A stretch of DNA of 64,000 bases, taken from the NCBI RefSeq assembly GCF_016717175.1, contig NZ_JADKFZ010000004.1; one strand, given 5' to 3'. Numbering within the stretch: position 1 is the stretch's first letter; each line of letters opens with the position of its first letter. Of this stretch, positions 20,177-35,445 are shown piece after piece. A model generated the notes under the pieces. That model did no database searches. It saw only the letters and a list, made by a program, of their open reading frames with translations, and was not told the origin of the DNA. Source of the stretch: Nannocystis sp. (GTDB taxonomy: Bacteria > Myxococcota_A > Polyangia > Nannocystales > Nannocystaceae). The position numbers and the translations under genes were made by a program.

Positions 20177-21535
20177 TCACTGGCCTGGCGTCGGGGCCGC
20201 GAAGCTCCAGGTTCCCGGCTCGTCCTGCGCGGCCGGATCACTGCGGACCAGCGCCTCCTCCTGCGCGGCCGGGTCAGGCGCGACAAGAGGATCGGGCCAG
20301 GCCCGGTAGGTCGATCGGAGGAGCTTCGAGCCGTCGCGCAGCGCCACCGGCTCATGCACCGCGAGGCCCGCGTTGGCGATCGTGGTGTCATCGGTGACGA
20401 GCACGAGACCGTCGCCCGTCGGGCCAGTGTACAGGTTGCCGACGATGATCGCCCGCTGGCCCGGGGCGAGGCAGGTGCTCGGCTGGCAACCGCCGTCGCC
20501 GGCCAGAAACAGCAGCGGATCGGCGCCGGTCGGCGCGTCCGAGAGATCGTCGGCGATGGTCCACGTGGCCAGGTCCACGGTGCCCGGGCCGAGGTTCTCG
20601 ATCTCGACGAACTCGGCGTGCTTCTCGAGGTTGCCTGGACCCGGCGGGTTGCTGAGCACCTCGACGATCGCCACCTCGGCGGGCAGCGCCTCGCCGGTGG
20701 TCCCGCTGTCGTCGCCGGTCGTGCCGGCCTCGAGCTCCGTGGCGGTGCCGGGGCTGGGCGGGCAGGCCGACCAGTCGCTGGCGTCGTCGTGATCGATCGC
20801 GGAGCCGCGGCACAGCGACTCCCCCGGCCCGGGCGCAGCCGCCGGGGCGCCGAGCCACAGGCCACGGGCGTCCCACGGGGCCGGCTGAGCTGCGCCGTGG
20901 ATCAACGCGTCACCCATGATGTCGCCGACGTGCAGGAGGACCCCGCCGTCGGCGTTGCGCAGGCCCTCGCTCGACGCGAAGGCGACCCGCACACCGTTGT
21001 CGATCGCGGCCACCGGCGGATCGGGCACATCGGCCGCGGCGGCGAAGCGCAGCACGAGCAGGCGCTCACCCGGCAGCAGCACCTGGCCGGCGAGGCCGAG
21101 CGCGTCGGCGCTGAGCGTCGGCCAGGCGCGTGCGTCGATCTCGAGGCCCGTCAGATCGATCGGCAGCTCACCGACGTGCGCGATCTCGAGGAATTCGGGG
21201 CTGTCCGGGCCGCCGTCCTTGCCGTTCGGGTCGGGGTGCAGCTCGGCGATCTGCAGGGCGCTCAGGTCGAGCGGGGGGCCGGTGCCGGTGTCGCTCGAGG
21301 CCCCACCGTCGCTGGTCGCGGGGGGCGGGCCGCTGGTCGTGGTCGTTGTACTCGTCGAGGTCGAGCTCGGGGTCTTGTCGCGCTCGCGCGCGGGCAACTG
21401 CCAGCTGGTCGTACCGGACGCGGCGGATGAGCCGGACTCGGTGGCCGCGACGCTGGTCGTGGGTTCACTGCCTGGCGGCTCGAAGGGGACGCACGCGAGC
21501 AGCAGGACGAGGGGGAGGGGGGCGCAGTTTCGCAT
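20177..21535 (-). CDS. lipoprotein with two lamin-tail domains (LTD)
   Basis: signal peptide plus lipobox LLAC; two LTD signatures (IAELHPDPNG...EFLEIAHVG and VAIVEVLSNPPGPGN...EFVEIENLG); Ser/Thr-rich linker. Confidence 0.75.
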   Translation of the reverse strand: MRNCAPLPLVLLLACVPFEPPGSEPTTSVAATESGSSAASGTTSWQLPARERDKTPSSTSTSTTTTTSGPPPATSDGGASSDTGTGPPLDLSALQIAELHPDPNGKDGGPDSPEFLEIAHVGELPIDLTGLEIDARAWPTLSADALGLAGQVLLPGERLLVLRFAAAADVPDPPVAAIDNGVRVAFASSEGLRNADGGVLLHVGDIMGDALIHGAAQPAPWDARGLWLGAPAAAPGPGESLCRGSAIDHDDASDWSACPPSPGTATELEAGTTGDDSGTTGEALPAEVAIVEVLSNPPGPGNLEKHAEFVEIENLGPGTVDLATWTIADDLSDAPTGADPLLFLAGDGGCQPSTCLAPGQRAIIVGNLYTGPTGDGLVLVTDDTTIANAGLAVHEPVALRDGSKLLRSTYRAWPDPLVAPDPAAQEEALVRSDPAAQDEPGTWSFAAPTPGQ

Positions 21536-21698
21536 GCGGCCGTGTTCGCCCCCGGCGATGGTGGCGTTGCGCGGCAATCATGGCTGACCGTCCGCGGCCG
21601 ATCCGAGGGCGCCCGAACTGAGCTGGACGGCGGGCGTTTGATCAGGCGAAAAGCTTATTACTTACGCAGCATTGCTTGCTGCCAATGCAACGAAGATA

Positions 21699-23558
21699 TC
21701 AGCCGATGCCGTAGTCCTTGAGCTTGCGATAGAGCGTGGTGCGATCAATGCCGAGGAGGGCCGCGGCACGGGCCTTGTTGCCGCCGGTGGCCGACAGCGC
21801 CGCGACGATCGCCTCACGCTCGAGCTCCGCGAGCGGCCGCACCACGGCGTTGGCGTCGGTCAGCGTCGGACCCAGGGGAGCGGCGTGCAGCAGCTCGGGC
21901 GGCAGGTCGTCCTGCTCGAGCACCGGCCCGTCGCCGAGGACCAGCGCCCGCTCGATGACGTTGCGCAGCTCGCGGACGTTGCCCGGCCAGCGGTAGCGAC
22001 AGAGCACCTCGAGCGCCGCCGGGGCGATCTGCTCGACGCGCCGGGCGACCCGCTCGCCGATCGTTCGCAGGAAGTGCTGCGCGAGCAGGGGGATGTCGTC
22101 CCGACGCTCCCGCAGCGGCGGCAGCTGCGTCTGGATCACGCTCAGGCGGTACAGCAGGTCCTCGCGGAAGCGGCCCTCGCTGACGAGCTGCCGCAGGTCG
22201 CGGTGGGTCGCGGCGACCAGGCGGACGTCGACCGTGATCTCCCGGGTGCCGCCGACGCGGGTGAGGGTCCGGTTCTCGAGCACCCGCAGCATGCGAGCCT
22301 GGGCGCCAGGGCTGAGCTCGCCGACCTCGTCCATGAACAGGGTGCCCGTGTGGGCCCGCGCGAAGACCCCGTCGTGCTGGGTCACCGCCCCCGTGAAGGC
22401 GCCCTTCTCGTGGCCGAACAGCTCGCTCTCGAGGAGCGACTCGGCGATCGCGGCGCAGTTGATGGCGACGAAGGGCCGGCTCGCGCGCGGGGACAGGCCG
22501 TGGACCATCCCGGCCGCGAGCTCCTTACCCGTGCCGCTCTCGCCGAGCAGGAGCACGCTCGAAGTGGTGCTGGCGACCCGCTCGAGGAAAACCTGGAGGC
22601 GCTGGATCGCCGGGGAGTGGCCGATCATCTCGCCGTGCGCGGCGGCCGGCCCGTGGCGGACCGCGGCGCTCAGCTGCTGGCGCTCGCGCGCGCTGTCGCC
22701 GATCGCCCCGATCAGCTGCGCCGCGCAGACCAACAGGCGCAGTGCCTCGTCGTCGTAGGTGCAGCGCAGCGCCTCCCGCGGGCCCCACTCGACGTAGAAG
22801 ATCAGGCTCTCGACCGGAGCCGCCATCGCCCCGAGGATCCCGCGCATCTGCACCGATCGACGGTCCGCGAGGTCGGGCTCGGCGAGCACGTCGTGCAGCA
22901 ACACGCCGCGGCGCTCCCGGAGCACCCGCGCCAGCAGGGCAGGGGACAGGGCCAGGTCGGGCAGAGGACCCGTGCTCGCGGCGCTCAGGATGTCGCTGCC
23001 GTCCGGGCTCAGCAGCAAGGCGCGGGCGGCCGGCAGCGCATCGACGGCCCATGAAGTCGCGGCCCGCAGCACCGCCGGCAGCGAGCCGCAGCGGGCCAGC
23101 TTGTCACCGAGAGCCGCCAGCGCGGCCAGTCGACTCGCCCCGGGCGTCGCGCTGAGGACTCCGGTCGCGTCGAGCTCGACCGCCCGCGTCGGCGCCTGCG
23201 GCGGGCTCGTGGCCTCGCTCGCGGGGCGGCTGGTGGCGATCACCAGCGTGCTGTTGCCGACCGTCAGCGCGGCCCCAGGCGCGAGCAGCTGGCCCGGCTT
23301 CAACGCCACCCGCTGTCCGGCCTCGAGGGTCCACACCGGGTTCACGCCGGGGATCTCGAGCACGCGCAGGCCCGTGGCCTCGGCCTGCACACTGAGGTGA
23401 TGGCGCGACACTGCCCCGTCGCTGAGCTGCAGGCCCTCGCCCGCGCCGCGCCCGATCGTCAGGGGCTCCGCGCCGAGCGAGATCTGTCGCCCCTTGTCGG
23501 GCCCGGATTGTACGGTGATCAGCAGCGGACGCACGCGCGGCGAGTGTACACCGGTCAT
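21699..23558 (-). CDS. sigma-54-dependent transcriptional regulator with N-terminal FHA domain
   Basis: FHA fold ([17 protein letters not shown]...VSRHHLSV); AAA+ sigma-54 activator domain ([15 protein letters not shown]); Fis HTH. Confidence 0.9.
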   Translation of the reverse strand: MTGVHSPRVRPLLITVQSGPDKGRQISLGAEPLTIGRGAGEGLQLSDGAVSRHHLSVQAEATGLRVLEIPGVNPVWTLEAGQRVALKPGQLLAPGAALTVGNSTLVIATSRPASEATSPPQAPTRAVELDATGVLSATPGASRLAALAALGDKLARCGSLPAVLRAATSWAVDALPAARALLLSPDGSDILSAASTGPLPDLALSPALLARVLRERRGVLLHDVLAEPDLADRRSVQMRGILGAMAAPVESLIFYVEWGPREALRCTYDDEALRLLVCAAQLIGAIGDSARERQQLSAAVRHGPAAAHGEMIGHSPAIQRLQVFLERVASTTSSVLLLGESGTGKELAAGMVHGLSPRASRPFVAINCAAIAESLLESELFGHEKGAFTGAVTQHDGVFARAHTGTLFMDEVGELSPGAQARMLRVLENRTLTRVGGTREITVDVRLVAATHRDLRQLVSEGRFREDLLYRLSVIQTQLPPLRERRDDIPLLAQHFLRTIGERVARRVEQIAPAALEVLCRYRWPGNVRELRNVIERALVLGDGPVLEQDDLPPELLHAAPLGPTLTDANAVVRPLAELEREAIVAALSATGGNKARAAALLGIDRTTLYRKLKDYGIG

Positions 23559-23652
23559 GACACGCGCCGGATCCGCCTGCCCGGACGTGCAGGACGGCAC
23601 CTCCACGCCAGGTTGACAGCCCGGTGACGGATGTTAGGGTTCCGCCACTTCT

Positions 23653-26103
<2,451 letters not shown>

Positions 26104-26296
26104 TCCAGGGCTGGTCCGTGGTCAGCCAATGTCAGCCCGCGGCACCATCGGGGCCGCGGGTGAGCCTCACCGTGGTCGTGAGCGGACGCCCGTTCTAATG
26201 CCCTCCGACCCCAAATGAGCCGTCCGGAGCGGCGTTGACAGGGCGACCTCCCGGCTTATCTTGCCGCCCGAACTCGAAAGGAACGAACACAAACTC

Positions 26297-28231
<1,935 letters not shown>

Positions 28232-28249
28232 GCCCACCTGACCCGAGAG

Positions 28250-28303
28250 CCAGGGCCGGATCCCGCGACCATCGCGGGGCCCGGCCCTGGGTCGTTTTTC
28301 GGG
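28250..28303 (+). terminator. intrinsic terminator after dnaK
   Basis: CCAGGGCCGG...CCGGCCCTGG stem with nested GC hairpin followed by GTCGTTTTTC. Confidence 0.65.
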
Positions 28304-28372
28304 CCGCAGGGCCGGCCTCGTCCGCACGCGCCGATCTTTGGACAGCGCCGCCGGATCCACTAAGGTAGGCGC

Positions 28373-29236
28373 ATGGTCCGGGCGCGTGCAGGCTGGCTGG
28401 CGACGCTGATGTTGGCGTCGATGGCCGCCTGCGCGGGGCCCAACTTGTGGACCGACGGCACCAGCATCTCGACCGGCACGACCAGCCGCGGCCGCATGCG
28501 CAAGCCCGCGAAGCTGCCGCTCACGGGCCCCGGCTTCGTCGTGCCGCCGCGCTGGGAGGAGCGCGGTTTCCAGTACGGCGTCGACGAGCTGGTCGGCGCT
28601 GTCCAGCGCGCGGCCAAGAAGGTCGGCGGTCGGGCCAAGCGTGGTCTGCTCGGCGTCGCTGACTTCGGCCCGCAGCGCGGCGGCAAGTCGGTGTGGCACG
28701 GCAGCCACCAGTCCGGCCGCGACGTCGACCTGCACTTCTACAGCGTCGACGCGCAGGGCCACCCGATCGACGCCCCGCACCACGACATGATCCGCTACGA
28801 CGCCGACGGCAAGCCCTACGTGCGCCGCAACGCGACCTACAACGAGCTCGGCTGGGAGGGTCGCCGCTTCGACACCTCGCGCAACTGGCAGCTGGTCGAG
28901 GCGCTGCTCGGCGACCCGGAGATCCGCGTGCAGTGGATCTTCGTCTCGCAGGGCCTCGAGGATCGCCTGCTCGCCTATGCGACCCGGCAGAAGAAGCCGG
29001 GCTGGCTCATCGAGTACGCCCGCACCGTGATGTACAGCCCCGCGGACGCCCCGCCGCACGACGACCACTTCCACGTCCGGATCTACTGCTCGCGGGGCGA
29101 CCGCTTCCACGGCTGCGTCGACCGCGGCCCGATCTGGCAGCACGAGAAGAAGAAGTACAAGTACGACGGCCCCGAGACCTACGACCCCGTCCAGTGGCGT
29201 CTGGCGATGGTCCCGTCGGCGCCAGACGCAGGCTGA
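28373..29236 (+). CDS. mepA: penicillin-insensitive murein endopeptidase MepA-like (peptidase M74) lipoprotein
   Basis: signal peptide with lipobox MAAC; metal-binding motifs SHQSGRDVDL and HDDHFHVRI characteristic of MepA. Confidence 0.7.
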   Translation: MVRARAGWLATLMLASMAACAGPNLWTDGTSISTGTTSRGRMRKPAKLPLTGPGFVVPPRWEERGFQYGVDELVGAVQRAAKKVGGRAKRGLLGVADFGPQRGGKSVWHGSHQSGRDVDLHFYSVDAQGHPIDAPHHDMIRYDADGKPYVRRNATYNELGWEGRRFDTSRNWQLVEALLGDPEIRVQWIFVSQGLEDRLLAYATRQKKPGWLIEYARTVMYSPADAPPHDDHFHVRIYCSRGDRFHGCVDRGPIWQHEKKKYKYDGPETYDPVQWRLAMVPSAPDAG

Positions 29237-29269
29237 GCGGCGGCCGGGCGATCGCGCCCAGGTGACCCG

Positions 29270-29335
29270 GAGAGATCTGCGAGGGCCCTTGTGACAGCTG
29301 GAGATCTCGCTGTCACGAGATCTCCCGCTCTGTCC
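29270..29335. promoter_or_regulatory. cluster of three GAGATCTC 8-bp palindromes interleaved with GTGACAGC/GCTGTCAC inverted repeats
   Basis: read directly; lies in a 630-bp repeat-rich, locally AT-richer intergenic region upstream of the MerR-like gene. Confidence 0.3.
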
Positions 29336-29867
29336 GCGATCGGCTCGTCGATCGCGTGAAACGATCACAGCGGTCACGGAGCATCGATCGCCAGAACTCG
29401 GTCAGATCGCCCGAATGAGCCCGTTGGTGGCACATCTGGCCTTGTGGACAAGCTGTGCAGTCCTTGTGGATGACCCGAGGGACAGGTCGGCCCAGGCATG
29501 ATCCGCGGCCTCGGTGTGTCGGTCCTGTCTCGGTGTTCAGCTCATTGCTTCACACGCGGTTTCTTCGGGCCGTAGCGCCGCAGCGATCGCGTCTGCGAGG
29601 TCGTCGCCACGAGCACCCGGATCTGAAGATCTGAGCAGGTCTCACTGAACGAGGTAGCAGCATGCGAGCCGCCAAAACTTGAAAGCCTCGCTGGAAAATG
29701 CTTCCTCAGATCTACTCAGTAGAATACATTGCCGACCTACCCGCGACGTTGATCGTACCAAGAGAACTAGCAAGCTCGGATCCATCCACCGCACCGCTCT
29801 CACGGCCCTTCGCCGAGAGGCCTCTCCCGCCGCTCTCCAGCCCGCGCCCGCGACCTTCACCACGCCC

Positions 29868-30413
29868 ATGGTCCACGCCCTGACCGAAAGCCAGATCCGC
29901 GCCATCGAGGCGCAGAGCCCCGACGGCCTGAGCTCGCAGCAGCTCGTCGCGGTGTTCGAGGAGCAGGGCGTGAAGTTCAGCGAGGCCAACCTGCGCCGCT
30001 ACGTGCAACTCGGCCTGGTGCCGCGCTCACGCCGAGTCGGGCAGAAGGGCAAGCACCTCGGCTCGCACGGCGTGTACCCGGTCCGCGCCGTCCGTCGCAT
30101 CAACACCATCAAGAAGCTGATGGGCGAGCGCTACACGATCGAGGAGATCCAGGCCAAGTTCCTCACCTTCAAGGACAGCATCGAGACCCTCGACGTGGCG
30201 ATCGAGGAGCTCGTGTCCCAGTTCGAGTCGAAGCTCGAGGGCGAGGCGCCCTCGCCCCGCCGCGACCAGCTCTACAGCGAGCTGCGATCGATCAAGACCG
30301 CCGCTGACGAGCTGCTGAGCGGGGTCTACCGCCTCGAGAAGCTGCTCGTGTCCACCAGCGCCGCCGTCCGCCCGCGCGGCGGCGGGGCTGCCAGCCCCAC
30401 CGAACTTCTGTAG
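29868..30413 (+). CDS. MerR-family-like HTH transcriptional regulator with C-terminal coiled coil
   Basis: GV-x3-NLRRYVQLGLVP-x-R-x4-G-x7-YP...YTIEEI matches MerR HTH spacing; start at ATG 29868. Confidence 0.55.
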   Translation: MVHALTESQIRAIEAQSPDGLSSQQLVAVFEEQGVKFSEANLRRYVQLGLVPRSRRVGQKGKHLGSHGVYPVRAVRRINTIKKLMGERYTIEEIQAKFLTFKDSIETLDVAIEELVSQFESKLEGEAPSPRRDQLYSELRSIKTAADELLSGVYRLEKLLVSTSAAVRPRGGGAASPTELL

Positions 30414-30437
30414 CCGTTGCCGTTACCACTTCTGTAG

Positions 30438-30455
30438 CTGTCCCTCGGGACATCG
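30438..30455. repeat. palindromic element copy (CTGTCCCTCGGGACATCG)
   Basis: intergenic, between MerR-like and sigma-r4-like genes. Confidence 0.5.
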
Positions 30456-30518
30456 CATCCGTTCACTTCTGCGCAATCACGTTCACCGGGGCCGGCCAGG
30501 GCCCCGCTCAGGATCATC

Positions 30519-31079
<561 letters not shown>

Positions 31080-31167
31080 CGAGCTGGTGAGCGCGAGCGG
31101 CCGCACACGCCTGTGGGCGCGGCCGCGTTGACCGAGCCGCGGCGGCCGTCGTAGGACCCTGGCCGAA

Positions 31168-32757
31168 GTGAACCTCCTCCCGCCGATCCGCCGCGCCCTC
31201 GTCAGCGTCAGCGACAAGTCGAAGCTCGACGTCCTGGCGCAGATCCTCATCGACTGTCACGTCGAGGTGCTCTCGACCGGTGGCACTCACGCCGCGCTCG
31301 CGCAGCTCGGCGTCGAGGTCGTCAAGGTCAGCGAGTACACCGGCGCGCCCGAGATCCTCGACGGTCGGGTCAAGACCCTGCACCCGAAGATCCACGGCGG
31401 CATCCTGGCCCTGCCCACGCCGGCCCACGAGGCCGAATTGCGGCTGCACGGCATCGCCCCGATCGACCTCGTGGTCGTCAACCTCTACCCGTTTCGCAGC
31501 GTCATCGCCCGCCGCGACTGCGGCTTCGATGAGGCGGTCGAGAACATCGACGTCGGCGGTCCCACGATGGTCCGCGCCGCTGCGAAGAACTGGCAGCGCG
31601 TCGCCGTCGTCGTCGACCCGGACGACTACGTCTCGCTCGGTGAGGCCCTGCGCGCGCACGCCTGCGGCCTGCCCGAGGCGCTGCGCCGCCGCCTCGCGCG
31701 CAAGGCCTTCGCCCACACCGCTGCCTACGACGTTGCGATCGCCGGCTACCTCGCGCGCTTCGACGACGCCGGCGGAGCCGCGGACGACGCCCTCCCGGAC
31801 GCGCTGCTGCTCAGCGGCGAGGCCCAGGGCGAGCTGCGCTACGGCGAGAACCCGCACCAGCCAGCCCGCTTCTACGCGGTCGCGGGCGGGGCAGGGGAGG
31901 CGCCTGGCCTCGATCGGGCGATCGTTCACCAGGGCAAGGCCCTCAGCTACAACAACCTCCTCGACGCCGACGCGGCGCTCGGCCTGGTCCGCGACCTCGC
32001 CCCGCTCGGGCCCGCAGCCGCGGTGATCAAGCACGTCTCGCCCTGCGGCGCGGCGCTGGGTCGGCCCGGACAGCCGATCGCCGAGGTCTATCGCCGGGCC
32101 CGTGAGGCCGACCCCGAGAGCGCCTTCGGAGGTATCGTCGCGCTCTCGCAGCCGGTCGACGCCGCGGCCGCAGCCCAGCTCGTCGAGACCTTCCTCGAGG
32201 TTGTCATCGCCCCCGGCGTTACCGCCGAGGCCCGCGTGTTGCTCTCGACCAAGAAGAACCTCCGCCTGATCGAGCTGCCGCTCGGCAGCGCCACGAGCCC
32301 GCCGCTGCGCCTGCGATCGATCGCCGGCGGGCTCCTGGCCCAGCGCGAGGACGTGATCGGCGTGCACGCGGCCGGGGCCCGCGTGGTCACCCGCCGCGCG
32401 CCCACGGCCGCCGAGCTCCTCGACCTCGAGCTGGCCCAGATCGTCGGCAAGTGGGTCCGCTCCAACGCGATCGTGCTGTGCAAGGACGGCGTCACGGTCG
32501 GCGTCGGCGGCGGCCAGACCTCGCGCGTCGAGGCCTCGCGCCAGGCCAGCGCCCGCGCCGGTGAGCGGGCCCGCGGCGCCTGCCTCGGCTCCGACGCCTT
32601 CTTCCCGTTCCGCGACGGCGTCGACGCGGCCGCGGCCGCCGGCGTCACCGCGATCGTCCAGCCCGGCGGCTCCATGCGCGACGACGAGGTGATCGCGGCC
32701 GCCGACGAGCACGGCCTGGCCATGGTCTTCACCGGCCAGCGACACTTCCGCCATTAG
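31168..32757 (+). CDS. purH: bifunctional AICAR transformylase / IMP cyclohydrolase
   Basis: MGS-like and AICARFT domains, VSVSDKS..., GVxVxxxGGQTSR motif. Confidence 0.95.
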   Translation: MNLLPPIRRALVSVSDKSKLDVLAQILIDCHVEVLSTGGTHAALAQLGVEVVKVSEYTGAPEILDGRVKTLHPKIHGGILALPTPAHEAELRLHGIAPIDLVVVNLYPFRSVIARRDCGFDEAVENIDVGGPTMVRAAAKNWQRVAVVVDPDDYVSLGEALRAHACGLPEALRRRLARKAFAHTAAYDVAIAGYLARFDDAGGAADDALPDALLLSGEAQGELRYGENPHQPARFYAVAGGAGEAPGLDRAIVHQGKALSYNNLLDADAALGLVRDLAPLGPAAAVIKHVSPCGAALGRPGQPIAEVYRRAREADPESAFGGIVALSQPVDAAAAAQLVETFLEVVIAPGVTAEARVLLSTKKNLRLIELPLGSATSPPLRLRSIAGGLLAQREDVIGVHAAGARVVTRRAPTAAELLDLELAQIVGKWVRSNAIVLCKDGVTVGVGGGQTSRVEASRQASARAGERARGACLGSDAFFPFRDGVDAAAAAGVTAIVQPGGSMRDDEVIAAADEHGLAMVFTGQRHFRH

Positions 32758-32763
32758 CGCACA

Positions 32764-32807
32764 GGTCCGTCGGGACATGTCGCTTCCCACAGGTCCTTCG
32801 GGACAGG
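32764..32807. repeat. two palindromic element copies in purH-purD spacer
   Basis: GGTCCGTCGGGACATGTC and CAGGTCCTTCGGGACAGG. Confidence 0.5.
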
Positions 32808-32832
32808 TACATCGAGACAGGAGCGAGAGCCC

Positions 32833-34102
32833 ATGCGAATCGTGATCTTCGGCGGCGGCGGACGCGAGCACGCGCTGGCCTGGCGCTGCGTGAGCGAGGG
32901 CCACGAGGTCCACGTCGCGCCCGGCTCGGACGGCATCGCCAGCGACGCCACCTGCCACCCGCTCGCACTCAGCGATCACGCCGCCGCAGTCGCGCTGTGC
33001 CACCGCATCGCGCCCGCACTCGTGATCGTCGGCCCGGAGCAGCCGCTGGTCGACGGCCTCGCCGACCGGCTCCGCGCCGCCGGCCTCGCGGTGTTCGGCC
33101 CCTCCGCCGCGGCCGCCGAGCTCGAGGGCAGCAAGGCGGTGGCCAAGGCCTTCATGGCCCGCCATCACATCCCCACGGCGCGCTACGTCCGCGTCGACTC
33201 GCTCGGCGCCGGCCTGGAGGCGCTGGCCAGCTTCGCTGGGCCGCCGGTGGTCAAGGCCAGCGGCCTGGCAGCGGGCAAGGGCGTCACCGTGGCCGAGAGC
33301 TTCGCCGAGGCCGAGCTGGCCCTTCGTTCATGTCTCGAAGGCCAGGTGTTCGGCGCGGCCGGGGACACGGTGGTGCTGGAGGAGCGGCTCCAGGGTGAGG
33401 AGGCCTCGCTGTTCGTGATCAGCGACGGCGAGCGCTGGCTGTGCCTGCCGCCCGCGCAGGATCACAAGCGCCTGCGCGACGGCGACCACGGCCCGAACAC
33501 CGGCGGCATGGGGGCCTACAGCCCGGCCCCGGTGTGCGACGCCGGCGTGCTCGCCCAGGTCGAGGCTCGAGGTGATCGCGCCGACCCTCGCGGGCCTGCG
33601 CGCCGAGGGCCGCCCCTTCGTCGGCGCGCTGTTCATCGGCCTGATGATCGAGCAGGGCCGCGCCAGGGTCATCGAGTACAACTGCCGCTTCGGCGACCCG
33701 GAGATCCAGCCGGTGCTGTTCGGCCTGCAGGCGCCGATCGTGCCGCACCTGCACGCGGCCGCCCGCGGCGATCTGGCCGCTGGCGGCGTGCTGCCAGGCA
33801 TGCCCGCCGCCACCGTGGTGATCGCGGCCGCTGGCTATCCCGGCAAGACCGTCAGCGGTGCGGCGATCCGGGGGCTCGCGGCCGCCGCTGCGCTCCCCGA
33901 CCTCAAGGTCTTTCACGCCGGTACGCGTCACAGCGCGGATGAGGGTTGGGTCACGGCAGGCGGGCGTGTCATCGGGGTCTGCGCCCGCGGCCCCGACCTG
34001 CGCGCCGCCATCGCCCGCGCCTATGAGGGCTGCGCGTTGATCGAGGTGGTCGGCGGGCAACATCGGCGAGACATCGGCGCCCGCGCCCTCGCCCTCGCTT
34101 GA
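32833..34102 (+). pseudogene. purD: phosphoribosylamine--glycine ligase (purD) with apparent +1 frameshift near 33570
   Basis: N-terminal 245 aa (32833 frame) and C-terminal 176 aa (33572 frame, VIEYNCRFGDPE) are both PurD; junction GCT CGA G GTG ATC has one extra nt relative to expected ..EAR VIAPT.. Confidence 0.75.
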
Positions 34103-34137
34103 CCGGTCCGGCCACGGGCATGGTATGAGGGCGGGCG

Positions 34138-35445
34138 ATGGCACGCGTCCGCCCTGTCCGTGGTCTCCGCTACGACCTCCGCCGCGTCTCCAGTGATGCG
34201 GGCCTCCTACTCGCGCCACCCTACGACGTCGTCGATGCGGCGGGTCGCGCCCGCATCGCCGCCCGCTCGCCGCACAACTGCATCCACGTGATCCTCCCGA
34301 CCGGCGAGGGCGACGCCAAGTACGTCGAGGGGGCCCGGCAATTCGCCGCGCTCAAGGCCGACGCGCTCGTGCACGACGACGCCCCCGGCTTCTATGTCTA
34401 TCACCAGACATTCACCAGCGAGGGCCAGCAGTTCACGCGCAAGGGCTTCATCGGTCTGGTCGAGCTGACCCGCTTCGGCGCCGGCCCGGTGCTGCCGCAC
34501 GAGCGCACGCTCGCGGGTCCCAAGGCCGACCGCCTCAAGCTCATGCGCGCGTGCATGGCCCACCTCGAGCTGGTGTTCGGCATGTTCTCGGATCCCGATC
34601 GCAGCTGGGAGAAGGCCGTCGGCGAGCTCGGGGAGCCGGTGCTCGACGCCGACTTCGACGGCGCCCACCACACGCTCTACCGCGTCGCCGATCCGGCGGC
34701 CACCGCAGCCCTCACGCAGATCCTCGCCGATCGATCGATCTACATCGCCGATGGCCACCACCGCTACGAGACGATGTGCAGCTTCCGCGACGAGCTCGAG
34801 GAGCAGGGCCGCGGCGAGGCGGCGCGCTGGGGCCTCATCTACCTCAGCAACCTCGACGACCCCGGTCTGGTCGTGCTGCCCACCCACCGGCTCGTCCACG
34901 GCGTCGCCGACTTCGACCTGGCGGCCACGCTCGCGGCGCTGCGGCCCTTCTTCGACATCGACGAGCAGCCGTTGCCCGCGGCGGGCAACGAGCTCCGCGC
35001 GACGCTGGCCGCCGCAGCGAGCGGCGGCGCGGCCTTCGGCCTCGCGGTTCCTGGCGCCGATCGGATGCACCTGCTGCGCCTGCGCGCCGACTTCGATCCG
35101 CAGGCCGCCGGCCTCGGGCACCTCCACCCCGCGCTGCAGCGCCTCGACGTCGCCCTGCTGCACGAGCTGGTGCTCGAGCGCGGCCTCGGCATCACCCGCG
35201 AGGCGCAGTCGCAGAACACCAACCTGCGCTACTACAAGTCGACCGACGAGGCGCTCGCCGTGGCCGCCGGACAGCGCCCCGACGCCAGCGACGTGCAGCT
35301 CGTGTGCTTCATGAACCCGACCCCCGTCGCCGACGTGCGCGCCGTCTGCGACAGCGGCGAGGTCATGCCGCAGAAGAGCACCTTCTTCTATCCGAAGATC
35401 CCGACTGGCCTCGTGTTTCACGACCTCCGGGACGACCTGACATGA
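34138..35445 (+). CDS. DUF1015 family protein
   Basis: C-terminal KSTFFYPKIPTGLVFH motif and overall pattern typical of DUF1015. Confidence 0.75.
   Translation: MARVRPVRGLRYDLRRVSSDAGLLLAPPYDVVDAAGRARIAARSPHNCIHVILPTGEGDAKYVEGARQFAALKADALVHDDAPGFYVYHQTFTSEGQQFTRKGFIGLVELTRFGAGPVLPHERTLAGPKADRLKLMRACMAHLELVFGMFSDPDRSWEKAVGELGEPVLDADFDGAHHTLYRVADPAATAALTQILADRSIYIADGHHRYETMCSFRDELEEQGRGEAARWGLIYLSNLDDPGLVVLPTHRLVHGVADFDLAATLAALRPFFDIDEQPLPAAGNELRATLAAAASGGAAFGLAVPGADRMHLLRLRADFDPQAAGLGHLHPALQRLDVALLHELVLERGLGITREAQSQNTNLRYYKSTDEALAVAAGQRPDASDVQLVCFMNPTPVADVRAVCDSGEVMPQKSTFFYPKIPTGLVFHDLRDDLT

Noticed and set aside
26104-26296. CIRCE (HrcA) element or sigma-32 promoter upstream of dnaK
   Set aside because: No TTAGCACTC-N9-GAGTGCTAA inverted repeat. 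A TTGACA-N16-TATCTT pair is present but is too weak to call a heat-shock promoter.
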